The notes beneath the pieces were generated by a model. That model had not been told where the DNA came from. It made no database searches and saw nothing but the letters and a program-made list of their open reading frames with translations. A program made the translations under genes and the position numbers. Shown piece after piece: positions 55,315 to 64,000 of a stretch of DNA of 64,000 bases (positions within the stretch are counted from its first letter, which is position 1; every line of letters starts with the position of its first letter). Location: contig CAWKPH010000001.1 in assembly GCA_963851445.1 (NCBI GenBank), positions 553,363-617,362 on the forward strand, read 5' to 3'. This DNA is from an uncultured bacterium. Lineage in GTDB: Bacteria; Patescibacteriota; Minisyncoccia; Phycocordibacterales; Phycocordibacteraceae.

Positions 55315-55380
55315 ATAGAGGGGAGAAACGAGTTCTCCCAAGTGATAGTTTTGTTTCTGTTGCCAAGCGGGGTATCAGCC
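55315..55380 (+). repeat. Second repeat family, copy 1 (AATAGAGGGGAGAAACGAGTTCTCCCAAGTGATAGTTTTGTTTCTGTTGCCAAGCGGGGTATCAGCC)
   Basis: Near-identical to the copy at ~55732. It contains the hairpin GGGAGAA-cgag-TTCTCCC. Confidence 0.7.
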
Positions 55381-55725
55381 GGCTACTTTATGTCTAATTG
55401 ACTCTCTGTATACAGCGCCGTTGATGGTTACTTCATCTTTGGCGTAGGAAAGCAGTCGGCCATTTTCGAACCAACCAGTCCCGCCATCGCATTCGACTAA
55501 ATCGCCGACCTTGACCTCTGGGTACCACGTGTCGGTAAAATCAACATCTATGACACCAGCTGGAGTGAGTAGTTGCATAGGCGTGACTCGGGTATAACCA
55601 TCTTGTTCGGAGCCGTGATATTCGGCTTCCTTGATGATGGTGCCCTTGAATGCTGAGAGAAAGCAACCCATGGCGTAATCTCCGTGTTTGAAAGAACTAA
55701 TCTCGATAAGGACTCGATTTCTCAA
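55375..55725 (-). CDS. Hypothetical protein, 116 aa
   Basis: Flanked on both sides by the second repeat family. Confidence 0.4.
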   Translation of the reverse strand: MRNRVLIEISSFKHGDYAMGCFLSAFKGTIIKEAEYHGSEQDGYTRVTPMQLLTPAGVIDVDFTDTWYPEVKVGDLVECDGGTGWFENGRLLSYAKDEVTINGAVYRESIRHKVAG

Positions 55726-55731
55726 ATCCTT

Positions 55732-55830
55732 AATAGAGGGGAGAAACGAGTTCTCCCAAGTGATAGTTTTGTTTCCACATCCTTTCGGACTGAGAAACTT
55801 CTGTTGCCAAGCAGGATATCAACCCGCTCC
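55732..55830 (+). repeat. Second repeat family, copy 2 (same 45-bp core, with a 25-bp insertion before CTGTTGCCAAGCAGGATATCAACCCGCTCC)
   Basis: Identical over AATAGAGGGGAGAAACGAGTTCTCCCAAGTGATAGTTTTGTTTC. Confidence 0.7.
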
Positions 55831-55836
55831 GTTCCG

Positions 55837-56277
55837 CTAGTCCGACTCCTCAAGTCGCCTTGCAAGCACCTCCTGGAGAACCAGGGTTGGCAACTGCTCA
55901 GCTAACTTTTCGAAATCGGGAGCATCCTCCCTGTCTTCTTCCCAATCCGACGAACTCCACTCGTGCAGATAGGTAAGTGACAGGGCATGCCTCGTGTTCA
56001 GGATAGACAAGATGCCCTCAAGGCTTCTCGGCTCCTCCTCAACGCAAGGCGGATACTCGTCCCAAAGGTAGGTTTCATTATCACAGTCCGAGAACCGGAA
56101 TACCATGAAATGACCCGTAACCTCTGGCAGGCGGCCCCTTTCCTGAAGAAAGCCCCCGATGGCTTCAGCCTCCGAGGCCTCCACTTTCAGGAGATTGACC
56201 GTAGCTTCGTATTCGGTGATGAGGCTGCTCATAGTCAATCTCCTTTCAAGAGATGTGGGTGGTGCCCGTTGATTCAA
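55837..56277 (-). CDS. Acidic hypothetical protein (immunity-protein-like composition)
   Basis: 146-aa ORF rich in D/E and W. It ends at the repeat. Confidence 0.35.
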   Translation of the reverse strand: MNQRAPPTSLERRLTMSSLITEYEATVNLLKVEASEAEAIGGFLQERGRLPEVTGHFMVFRFSDCDNETYLWDEYPPCVEEEPRSLEGILSILNTRHALSLTYLHEWSSSDWEEDREDAPDFEKLAEQLPTLVLQEVLARRLEESD

Positions 56278-56454
56278 TGTCCATTGGACCTGCGAGTACT
56301 ATACGCTTTCTCTTACATTACGTCAAGTGTTATGACTAAAACAAACACCCTAATATCTCCTTTTAAGATAGTAAATAAAGCATATAATAGAGCTACCCAC
56401 CATTTATCATCAGAACTATTGACTATTTATAATAACTAGCATATACTCGTTTAT

Positions 56455-57186
56455 ATGGATATCTCAGAAGCAATTGCCACTCTCGGTCTCAACGACAAAC
56501 AAACAGCTGTATATATTACTCTCCTCCAACTTGGAAAGGGAAGCGCATACTCAATTGCAGACCACAGTGGCCTTAAACGACCAACAACCTATGTAATTCT
56601 GGAGGAACTGATCCAGAAGGGATTGGCAGAACGAATTCCGCGAGCACGGAAGCAACAGTATCGAGCTATTTCTCCAGAACAAGCGTTTACTGCATTGGAA
56701 GAAAAACTCGCTTTGGCAAAACAGAAATTGCCCGAACTGCTTGCGATGACTAAAAGCACAGACACTAAAGTGAGCGCTGTGTACTTTGAGGGATTAAAGG
56801 GAATTAAGCAGGTTATGGAATACAAGCAGAAAGAGAGTAAGGGAAAGGAGATAGTTGGCTTCTATGCTACGAGTAACGATCTCCCGAAAGAACTCACCGA
56901 ATACTTTACAGAGTGGAACGAAAAGAACCGCAAGCTCGGCATTACTATGCGTGGCATAGTTCCAGACCATGAATCGCTCTCTACATTCAGAAGCTCTGAC
57001 AAAGAGGCTGGCAGGGATATGAAAGTAGTACCTTTTTCTGAGTTCTCATCGGAAGTTGCTATAGATGTCTCTGGAGATGTGGTGCGAATCCAAGACTATA
57101 AAAATCTTCAAGGCGTAGCTATAGAAAATGCGGACGTGGCAAAGACTATGCGAGAGATATTCGAGATGGTGTGGAAGCGGGTTTAG
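56455..57186 (+). CDS. TrmB-family winged-helix transcriptional regulator
   Basis: N-terminal wHTH GLNDKQTAVYITLLQLGKGSAYSIADHSGLKRPTTYVILEELIQKGLAE and a coiled-coil linker. Confidence 0.65.
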   Translation: MDISEAIATLGLNDKQTAVYITLLQLGKGSAYSIADHSGLKRPTTYVILEELIQKGLAERIPRARKQQYRAISPEQAFTALEEKLALAKQKLPELLAMTKSTDTKVSAVYFEGLKGIKQVMEYKQKESKGKEIVGFYATSNDLPKELTEYFTEWNEKNRKLGITMRGIVPDHESLSTFRSSDKEAGRDMKVVPFSEFSSEVAIDVSGDVVRIQDYKNLQGVAIENADVAKTMREIFEMVWKRV

Positions 57187-57534
57187 CAGTGCAGAAATCC
57201 TACGGCCAGGGCTCAGCTTTACTCGTCTTCTGGAGGCGCGAGTTCAAGCTCCATGTCCATGATTCCTGGATGGCTCTTGCTTTGGGAGGAGGATACTCCT
57301 ATCGAGGATATAGATAACATCCTCAAGCATGAAAAGGAGATTTCGGCTCTCAAATTCTAGTCAAGACTGTTCGGATCTCGTTCCACACTTCCAGCACTCA
57401 ATGTTAGAATTGGCTGCTACCCAGTAGTCAAATAAAGCCGAGCATCGCCTCCTTGAATTAAAAGTTTCAATAATGTCCCAACCAGCACCAAAAGTTCAGG
57501 GCCACCGATGCGTTAGCAAAGGTGGCCCTAGGGT

Positions 57535-57873
57535 TTAGGCGGCGGCGAGTTCCGCGGTGAGCAGCTTCTTGACGCCGGTGTAGGAGTTCGAGACGAGCTC
57601 CTTCAGCGTCAGGGTGCGTTCGATCGCCCGGGTGTTGATGTCGGTGATCCGCCGCTCGGACTGCTCCGAATTGAGGAGGCCGAGCACGGCGCCGTCATCG
57701 GTGATCTCGAGAACGACCAGATGACGGTGCCAGTGGCTCTCCCCGACGGTGATCACCCACGGCGCATCGACGCCGGTCGTGTAGCGGGACATGGCAGTGC
57801 GAAAGTCGCAGTTGCCAATGGTTTCGGCCACGGCGAAGACATCAGCAGCAGTCGAAAGGAACTGGGTATTCAT
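57535..57873 (-). CDS. Hypothetical protein, GC-rich (~60% GC) isolated gene
   Basis: 112-aa ORF whose composition contrasts with its neighbours. Confidence 0.4.
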   Translation of the reverse strand: MNTQFLSTAADVFAVAETIGNCDFRTAMSRYTTGVDAPWVITVGESHWHRHLVVLEITDDGAVLGLLNSEQSERRITDINTRAIERTLTLKELVSNSYTGVKKLLTAELAAA

Positions 57874-58186
57874 GCGATATCTCCTTCTTTTAATCGCCCT
57901 TATATGTAAACATAGTATCTCTATATTGTCAAGTTTTTACTTGGCTGCTCTCAACCTTCAATTGCACCACCCAGGCCGGTTCCAAGCAAATTACCTGAAG
58001 TTGGATAACCAAAAATGGTTACACTATCGCCAACGTTGGCATCAGAATCCGTCATGGGGTGTCTCAGCGGCCGTGTGGGGAAACCTGCACGCTCGGCTTC
58101 GGCCGGGACCTGTGGCGGGTTTACTGTGTACCGCTATGGGATTACTCACCAGCCACAAGGCCGTGTGTGTACGTTAGAATATAAGT

Positions 58187-58426
58187 ATGAAGAAGAAAGT
58201 CGTAAAGAAACGAAAAGAGCGTGCGCCCCGTCTTCATCCAGAAGTAGTGAAGGAAATCAAAGAAATGCTCGAAGACCATCTCACTGAAAGAAACATCGCG
58301 AAATATTTAGGGGTGGAGCTGTATCGTGTGAAGTATCTCAAGTATATGAAGACGAGGAAAGCATACGATGCGAGAGTATACGCAGCAGGAGGAAATCGCA
58401 CACCCAAGAAAGCTAAAAATCGTTAG
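58187..58426 (+). CDS. Small basic protein (hypothetical)
   Basis: 79 aa, K/R-rich, directly upstream of the flippase gene. Confidence 0.35.
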   Translation: MKKKVVKKRKERAPRLHPEVVKEIKEMLEDHLTERNIAKYLGVELYRVKYLKYMKTRKAYDARVYAAGGNRTPKKAKNR

Positions 58427-58433
58427 ATAGGGA

Positions 58434-59771
58434 GTGTTATTGAAAACCCTAGCCAAAATAGGAGATATGTTGTACAATCCAAAACAAGCGCATATGCAAG
58501 CGAACACCGCCACAATCGCAAAACCCTTGTTTGATAGAGGGTTTTTCTCTGCAAGCTCGATCATCTTCGCTGGCGCGTTCGTCGTCAATATTCTCAACTA
58601 CATCTTCACACTCATTATGAGCCGCCTGCTTGGAGTGGCTGCATTCGGCGAGGTTGCTGCAATGATAAGTCTCCTGACTATCATCGCAGTGCCCGCAAGC
58701 GCCCTAGCCATGCTTATGACGCGTGAAGTCGCTTTCCGCAGTGCGTCTGGTGGAGATGAGGTGCGCAATCTCTTCCTCTTCCTACGCAAGCACATACTCA
58801 TCGCTGCCTTCGGCTTCTGGGTTCTCTTTTTGGCCGTCGCTCCACTGCTTTCATACTTCTTGCATATACCATACCTGCTCTTTGCAGTATTTAGTCTCAT
58901 ACTTCCATTCTCCATCGCGGGAGCTCTGCAATCTGGTACGCTTCAAGGGTTGCAGGAGTTTTTCACGCTCTCCAAGCAGAATGTTCTTGGCGCAATCATT
59001 AAGCTCGCCATCGCCATCCTTCTTGTGCTTGCTGGATTTTCGGTACTTGGCGTGGTCGTAGCGCTCGTCTGCGCACAGGGTGCTACATGGCTTTTTGGAT
59101 ATCTAGCAACGAAGAGCACGCTTGACCTCTCTCGGGATACCCCACGTCAGCCGATGGATGCGCGGCCCCTCCGTCTCTTCTTCTCCGTGACGCTTATCAC
59201 GACGTTCCTGCTTGCACTCCTGTCGAATACGGATCTACTCCTAGCTAAGCACTTTCTGCCGGAGACGCTTGCGGGGGAATATGGCGGCCTCTTCACGCTC
59301 GGCAACATTATCATCTACGGTATTGGTGCATTCACGACCGTACTTCTGCCTATGGCCTCTTCCGCACGCGCCAAAGGAAACGGAGGAGAGCGGCACATTC
59401 TGGGTCTCTCTATGGCGGTCATAGCGGTTGCTGCCTTTGCCGCGTGGGCGCTCTTCTCGCTGTTCCCAGGGATCATTATCGGTCTTCTCTTTGGAGCACG
59501 GTACCTATCAGTTGCTCCTGTGCTTGGCCGCTACGCCATTGCCGAGGGATGCATCTCGCTCTCGCTCGCGCTTATCAATTATTTCGTAGCTGTAGGCAAC
59601 AAGTCATTCCTTTATATGCTAGGGCTCGGTATTCTGGTGGAAGTGGGGCTTATTTGGTTCAATCACACTTCCATCCTCGCCATCACCACGATGCTGGTCG
59701 CATCTTCCGTGCTCCTGCTCGTACTGATGGCCTCGAATTATTTCTTTACCACTAAGCCACGCACCATATGA
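58434..59771 (+). CDS. Polysaccharide biosynthesis protein / Wzx-like flippase (MOP superfamily)
   Basis: 445 aa with ~12-14 TM helices. Confidence 0.6.
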   Translation: MLLKTLAKIGDMLYNPKQAHMQANTATIAKPLFDRGFFSASSIIFAGAFVVNILNYIFTLIMSRLLGVAAFGEVAAMISLLTIIAVPASALAMLMTREVAFRSASGGDEVRNLFLFLRKHILIAAFGFWVLFLAVAPLLSYFLHIPYLLFAVFSLILPFSIAGALQSGTLQGLQEFFTLSKQNVLGAIIKLAIAILLVLAGFSVLGVVVALVCAQGATWLFGYLATKSTLDLSRDTPRQPMDARPLRLFFSVTLITTFLLALLSNTDLLLAKHFLPETLAGEYGGLFTLGNIIIYGIGAFTTVLLPMASSARAKGNGGERHILGLSMAVIAVAAFAAWALFSLFPGIIIGLLFGARYLSVAPVLGRYAIAEGCISLSLALINYFVAVGNKSFLYMLGLGILVEVGLIWFNHTSILAITTMLVASSVLLLVLMASNYFFTTKPRTI

Positions 59772-60714
59772 AAAAGAAAGTGATCTCCATTGTCATACCG
59801 GTACATAACGAGGAAAAGAATATCCCGCTCGTGTATACAGAGCTGCGAAAGATAGTCGGGGGGGTCCAGCATTCCCCTATGCATACGAGATACTGTTCGT
59901 GAACGACGGGAGCACAGACGGGAGCCAGAAGGCGATTGACGCGCTCGCTGCTGAAGACGAAGCGGTGCGCGGCATCGAGTTCACACGCAATTTTGGCAAA
60001 GAAGCAGCGACCACCGCCGGTATTCGTGAGGCAGCAGGGGATGCGGTGATTTGTCTTGATGCCGACCTACAGCACCCGCCAGCGCTGATACCCGAGTTCA
60101 TCAAACGCTGGGAGAGCGGAGCGGAAGTAGTCGTCGGTGTGCGTTCGAGTAACAATGGGGAAGGCCTCGTGAAGCGCTACGGCTCTAAGCTTTTCTATGC
60201 GCTCATGTCGCGTATCTCGGATACTCCGCTTATCCCGGGAGAAACTGATTTTTGTCTTCTTGACCGTGAGGTGGCGGAAGCATTTAAGACGCTCCGCGAG
60301 CGTGGACGCATGACGCGCTCCCTTATCAGTTGGCTCGGGTATAGAAAGGAAACGATTCCTTTTGCCGCCCCCGCCCGCTTGCACGGGACAGCATCGTATT
60401 CGTTCACGAAGCTCGTGCGGCTTGCACTCAACTCTATTGCCTCTAACTCTCTTTTCCCGCTGCGTGCAGCCGCATATCTCGGCCTCTTCATTACCGTGGG
60501 TTCGTTTGTGCTCGGCGTCGTCGTTTTTGCTGAACGGTATCTCTTTGCCGACGCCCTGCATTGGCATGTCTCGGGCGCAGCACAGCTTTCCATCATTAAT
60601 GCGTTTCTGGTTGGCATCGTGATGATGATGCTTGGGCTCGTCTCCATCTATATCGGCCGCATCAACGAGGAGGTCTCGCATCGACCGCTCTATGTGGCTC
60701 GCAAGCAGAAGTAA
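59768..60714 (+). pseudogene. GT2 polyprenyl-phosphate glycosyltransferase (DPM1-like) interrupted by a -1 frameshift in a G7 homopolymer (59858..59864); the intact frame needs G8
   Basis: ATG 59768 encodes MKKKVISIVIPVHNEEKNIPLVYTELRKIVGG and then stops. Adding one G restores ...GGGPAFPYAYEILFVNDGSTDGS, which is continuous with track ORF 59899..60714. Confidence 0.6.
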
Positions 60715-60720
60715 TAAGTC

Positions 60721-61821
60721 ATGAAGGTACTCTGGCTCACATGGAAAGATAGAAAGAATCCTTTAGCGGGCGGAGCTGAAGTGGTGAATGAAGAACTTGC
60801 GAAGCGACTCGCAGCGGATGGTCATGAAGTGATTTTCCTGGTTGGCGGGTTCACTGGAGGTGAGGCTGAAGAGATGCGCGATGGATTTAAGATTGTCCGC
60901 GTAGGTAGTCGCTTTAGCGTATATTGGCACGCATATAAATACTATAAGAAGCATCTTTCAGCATGGCCAGATTTAGTCATAGACGAAGTAAACACGATTC
61001 CATTTTTCTCGAAGTTCTACGCCAAGCAAAAGAATCTACTGTTCGTACACCAGCTTTGCCGTGAAATCTGGTTCTATGAAATGTTCTTCCCGCTCAGTAT
61101 CATCGGCTACGTTATCGAGCCAATATACCTCTGGCTCCTACGCGACAGGGAAGTCATCACAGTCTCGGAAAGCACCAAAAAAGACCTTATACGTTTTGGA
61201 TTCAAAGCAGAAAAGATACATATAATAAGTGAAGGTATTGAGATTGAGCCATTAGCAGACTTGAATTTAGTGCAGAAGTTCCCACATCCTACTGTCCTCG
61301 CGCTTGGTACTATACGAGCGATGAAGCGTACGGATCATATAGTGAGGGCGTTTGAAATTGCGAAAGCGGCTATTCCAGATTTGGAATTGGTAGTGGCTGG
61401 AAAGGCTGAAGGGAAGTATGGCGAGAAGGTATTAAAGATGCTGAAGGATTCGTCTTATGCGAGTTCGATAAAGTACCTCGGTCCAGTGTCGAAAGAAAAG
61501 AAGATCGAGCTTCTACAGAAATCTCATGTACTTGCAGTCACTTCAATAAAGGAAGGATGGGGACTTGTTGTGACTGAAGCGGGAAGTCAGGGCACTCCAG
61601 CAGTCGTCTATGATGTAGATGGGCTTCGTGATAGTGTTAGGGATGAAAAGACAGGAATCGTTTGTCGAAAGAATACTCCACAGAAGCTTGCGGTAGGTAT
61701 TTCCAATGTGCTCAAAAGTGATACCTATAGTCAGTATTGCGAAAGAACATGGAATCTCAATAAGAAGATTACTTTTAGTAAGAGTTATGAAGATTTTTTA
61801 AATATTATTACTCATGTTTAA
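60721..61821 (+). CDS. GT4 (group 1) glycosyltransferase
   Basis: C-terminal GT-B motifs: EGWGLVVTEAGSQGTPAVVYDVDGL. Confidence 0.75.
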   Translation: MKVLWLTWKDRKNPLAGGAEVVNEELAKRLAADGHEVIFLVGGFTGGEAEEMRDGFKIVRVGSRFSVYWHAYKYYKKHLSAWPDLVIDEVNTIPFFSKFYAKQKNLLFVHQLCREIWFYEMFFPLSIIGYVIEPIYLWLLRDREVITVSESTKKDLIRFGFKAEKIHIISEGIEIEPLADLNLVQKFPHPTVLALGTIRAMKRTDHIVRAFEIAKAAIPDLELVVAGKAEGKYGEKVLKMLKDSSYASSIKYLGPVSKEKKIELLQKSHVLAVTSIKEGWGLVVTEAGSQGTPAVVYDVDGLRDSVRDEKTGIVCRKNTPQKLAVGISNVLKSDTYSQYCERTWNLNKKITFSKSYEDFLNIITHV

Positions 61822-62620
61822 TCCACTCGTATCAGTTATTGTTCCTACTAAAAATTCCTCTCAATTCATAGAGGCTTGCTTGAAATCTATTAAGGAACAA
61901 ACATATAAAAACATTGAGATAATCGTTGTCGATAACAGCTCAACTGATGATACGCAGATTATAGCTAAGAAATATACAGAGCTTGTTTTCACAAAAGGTC
62001 CCGAACGAAGTGCTCAAGTTAATTATGGCGTAGAGAAATCAAAGGGTGAATTTGTATACAAAGTTGATTCTGATTTTACCTTAGACCCTAAAGTTGTTGA
62101 AGAATGTGTATTAGAAGCAAATAAAGGTTTTGATGCGATTATAGTTCATAACTCTCCCGATGTAACTGTCAGCTGGATAGCAAAAATACGAAAATTTGAG
62201 GTAGATATGTATAAATATGACATTACACATTCCTCAGCACGATTTGTTAAAAAAGAAGTGTATCAAAAGATCGGTGGCTTCAATGAAAAGATTACTGCAG
62301 GAGAAGATTATGATTTTCAGAATAAATTAAATAGACAGGGTTACAAGACAGGTTTCATTGTAGCTGAAGCACTTCATCATGGAGAACCAAAATACTTTTG
62401 GCCTCACATGATGAAATATTTTGCTTACGGTAGAGACTTTGTTAATTACAAGGCAGAAAATGAAGAGGAGTCTAAGGAGCAATTAAGCCTTGGTAGATCC
62501 GTATACTTTAAAAATTGGAAGAATTTCCTCAAGCACCCCATTCTTGGAGGCGAATTTATAATTTATACGTTGTTTAAGTTTGGATTTGGAGGCGTTGGAT
62601 ATATTTTTGGAAAACTATGA
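61814..62620 (+). CDS. Family 2 glycosyltransferase
   Basis: VSVIVPTKNSSQ...IVVDNSSTDDT and DSD/GEDYD motifs. Confidence 0.7.
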   Translation: MFNPLVSVIVPTKNSSQFIEACLKSIKEQTYKNIEIIVVDNSSTDDTQIIAKKYTELVFTKGPERSAQVNYGVEKSKGEFVYKVDSDFTLDPKVVEECVLEANKGFDAIIVHNSPDVTVSWIAKIRKFEVDMYKYDITHSSARFVKKEVYQKIGGFNEKITAGEDYDFQNKLNRQGYKTGFIVAEALHHGEPKYFWPHMMKYFAYGRDFVNYKAENEEESKEQLSLGRSVYFKNWKNFLKHPILGGEFIIYTLFKFGFGGVGYIFGKL

Positions 62621-63819
62621 AGATTTTCCACATTGAGCTTGCAAAAACAGGAACCGGCTTAAGCGGCGGAGAAAAGTGCATGGTTGAGATAATTCGTTAT
62701 TTCACTCAAAAGAAGTTAGTAAATGTGATATTGACGACAGACAATGGAAAGGAGCTTTACGAGCGACTTGGTTTGAAGGAAGATGAATACATAAAGTATA
62801 TAACGATTGATTCATTCTGGACTGAGTCGAAATTTCATATATTCATTTCTTATATTCTACGCCTTTTCTACTTCGGCAAGATTAAGAAAAGCATCATCGC
62901 TTCAATAGATAGAGAGAGCGATGTTTTGATGTGCCACTCCGATTTCTTTCCAAACACCATTCCTTCATGGGAGCTTTCTAAGTATTTTAATAAGAAAACA
63001 TTTTACTGGTTCCACATGAAGGCACCAGATATTTGGCGTGGTTATATGGGAGAATTCACAGGTAAGTTTCATTTGCCGAACATACGAATTATTCACTATA
63101 AACTTAACCAAGTGCTATTTAATCTTATTTCTAAAAAAGGGATTATTATAAGTGTGAATCCATATTACAAGAGTCTATTTAAGAAAAAGGGTACCTATCT
63201 CTTAAAGAAATTCGGCGGGGAACAAGTATACACAATCAATAAGTACTCTGGAGTTAAGGCTGGATATACTCAGGAGACTGAAATCAAGTACGATCTAGCC
63301 TTTATGGGTAGGTTTCATCCACAAAAGGGTCTTGATGAAATACCAAAGATACTTAAAGAAATAAAATCCTATAAGCCAGACGTAAAGCTTGTTATTATAG
63401 GTGGTGGCGATGAAGCCCGTGAAAAGAAGTTGCTGAAGGAACTAAACGCACTGGGTCTTCAAGAGAACTTCTATTATGCAGGTTACATTTCGTCCGACGA
63501 GAAGTTTGATTACTTGAGAAGCGCAAAAGTGTTTGTGTTTCCGAGTTATTATGAAAGTTTTGGACAAGTTGCACTTGAGGCGATGGCAAATGGGTTGCCG
63601 GTAGTTGCATACAATCTACCTATATTTAATGTGTTTGAGGAAGGAATGATAAAAGTTCCAGTTTTGGATAATGTAGCTTTTGCAAAAGAAACATACAAAC
63701 TTCTCTCAGATCCAGATTACTATAATAAGATGAAGAGTGAAGCTAGTTCTTATGCTGCAACATTCTCATGGGATAAAACCGGTGAGGAGATATATAAGCT
63801 CATCATGGGTATTTCCTAG
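62617..63819 (+). CDS. GT4 (group 1) glycosyltransferase
   Basis: C-terminal ESFGQVALEAMANGLPVVAY motif. Confidence 0.7.
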   Translation: MKIFHIELAKTGTGLSGGEKCMVEIIRYFTQKKLVNVILTTDNGKELYERLGLKEDEYIKYITIDSFWTESKFHIFISYILRLFYFGKIKKSIIASIDRESDVLMCHSDFFPNTIPSWELSKYFNKKTFYWFHMKAPDIWRGYMGEFTGKFHLPNIRIIHYKLNQVLFNLISKKGIIISVNPYYKSLFKKKGTYLLKKFGGEQVYTINKYSGVKAGYTQETEIKYDLAFMGRFHPQKGLDEIPKILKEIKSYKPDVKLVIIGGGDEAREKKLLKELNALGLQENFYYAGYISSDEKFDYLRSAKVFVFPSYYESFGQVALEAMANGLPVVAYNLPIFNVFEEGMIKVPVLDNVAFAKETYKLLSDPDYYNKMKSEASSYAATFSWDKTGEEIYKLIMGIS

Positions 63820-63821
63820 AT

Positions 63822-64000
63822 ATGTTTAAAAAATTTAAGTTACCCGTTTTTCTGGAAAACATTCTTATAGAGCAGAATGTTTTGGCATTACTTCTATTTT
63901 TCGTGATATTTGTATTGCTCTTTATTCCTATTTGGCATGGGGAGGGTCAATATTGGGATAATAGTTTTCCATTTTTTTCAGATCAGCTTGGCAACTACTT
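63822..64000 (+). CDS. Membrane protein, 3'-truncated by the window edge
   Basis: ATG at 63822 encodes MFKKFKLPVFLENILIEQNVLALLLFFVIFVLLFIPIW... with no stop before the window end. Confidence 0.35.
   Translation, partial: MFKKFKLPVFLENILIEQNVLALLLFFVIFVLLFIPIWHGEGQYWDNSFPFFSDQLGNY

Overview
This window is a bacterial chromosomal segment. I cannot assign a taxon. The lysine-rich RpoD N-terminus and the many small ORFs are compatible with a small-genome or candidate-phyla-like organism. No rRNA, tRNA or CRISPR array was recognised.

The window divides into three parts.

1. 1-38 kb is a conventional core region. It holds dnaG-rpoD, a UvrD-like helicase fused to a PD-(D/E)XK nuclease, hisS, prmC and an RRM protein. 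It also holds a MacA/MacB/FtsX-type efflux operon behind an ECF sigma/anti-sigma pair. A minus-strand mannoside-catabolism operon follows: a cupin mannose-6-phosphate isomerase, two GH130 phosphorylases (one a tandem double-domain protein) and an 844-aa HAD-IIB + FAD-oxidase fusion. Next comes a lipid-linked glycosylation module: GT2 enzymes, DedA, UppP, a DPM1/GtrB-like GT2, a GT39/ArnT-like protein and a LAB_N protein. The region ends with a SET-domain protein, an M15 peptidase, an ABC-2 exporter and two convergent FMN reductases.

2. About 38.1-54.3 kb is the most unusual part. At least 24 copies of a conserved, identically oriented intergenic repeat delimit about 25 single-gene modules. 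Core of the repeat: GCTCCGC, then a short CCTC..GAGG hairpin or ATGATAGAGGAC, then GTTAGAAC, 7-9 nt, GTATRAAAAAGAAAA, and a variable GC-rich hairpin. The genes between repeats are unrelated small proteins of heterogeneous GC content. They include a Doc toxin with a small upstream ORF, a ClpP-like and a trypsin-like protease, an NlpC/P60-like hydrolase, a SixA-like phosphatase, and lipoproteins, secreted and membrane proteins. For minus-strand modules, the repeat sits exactly between the terminator of one module and a sigma70-like -35/-10 plus Shine-Dalgarno of the next. This is an integron-like or CALIN-like cassette architecture, but there is no canonical attC R''/R' pair and no integrase in the window.

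3. 55-64 kb has a second repeat family flanking two small genes, a TrmB-like regulator, and a glycan-biosynthesis locus of mosaic GC content. That locus contains a Wzx-like flippase, GT2/GT4 enzymes, and a GT2 interrupted by a frameshift in a G7 homopolymer.

Gene coordinates follow the supplied ORF track. Repeat coordinates were read by eye and are about +/-3 bp.
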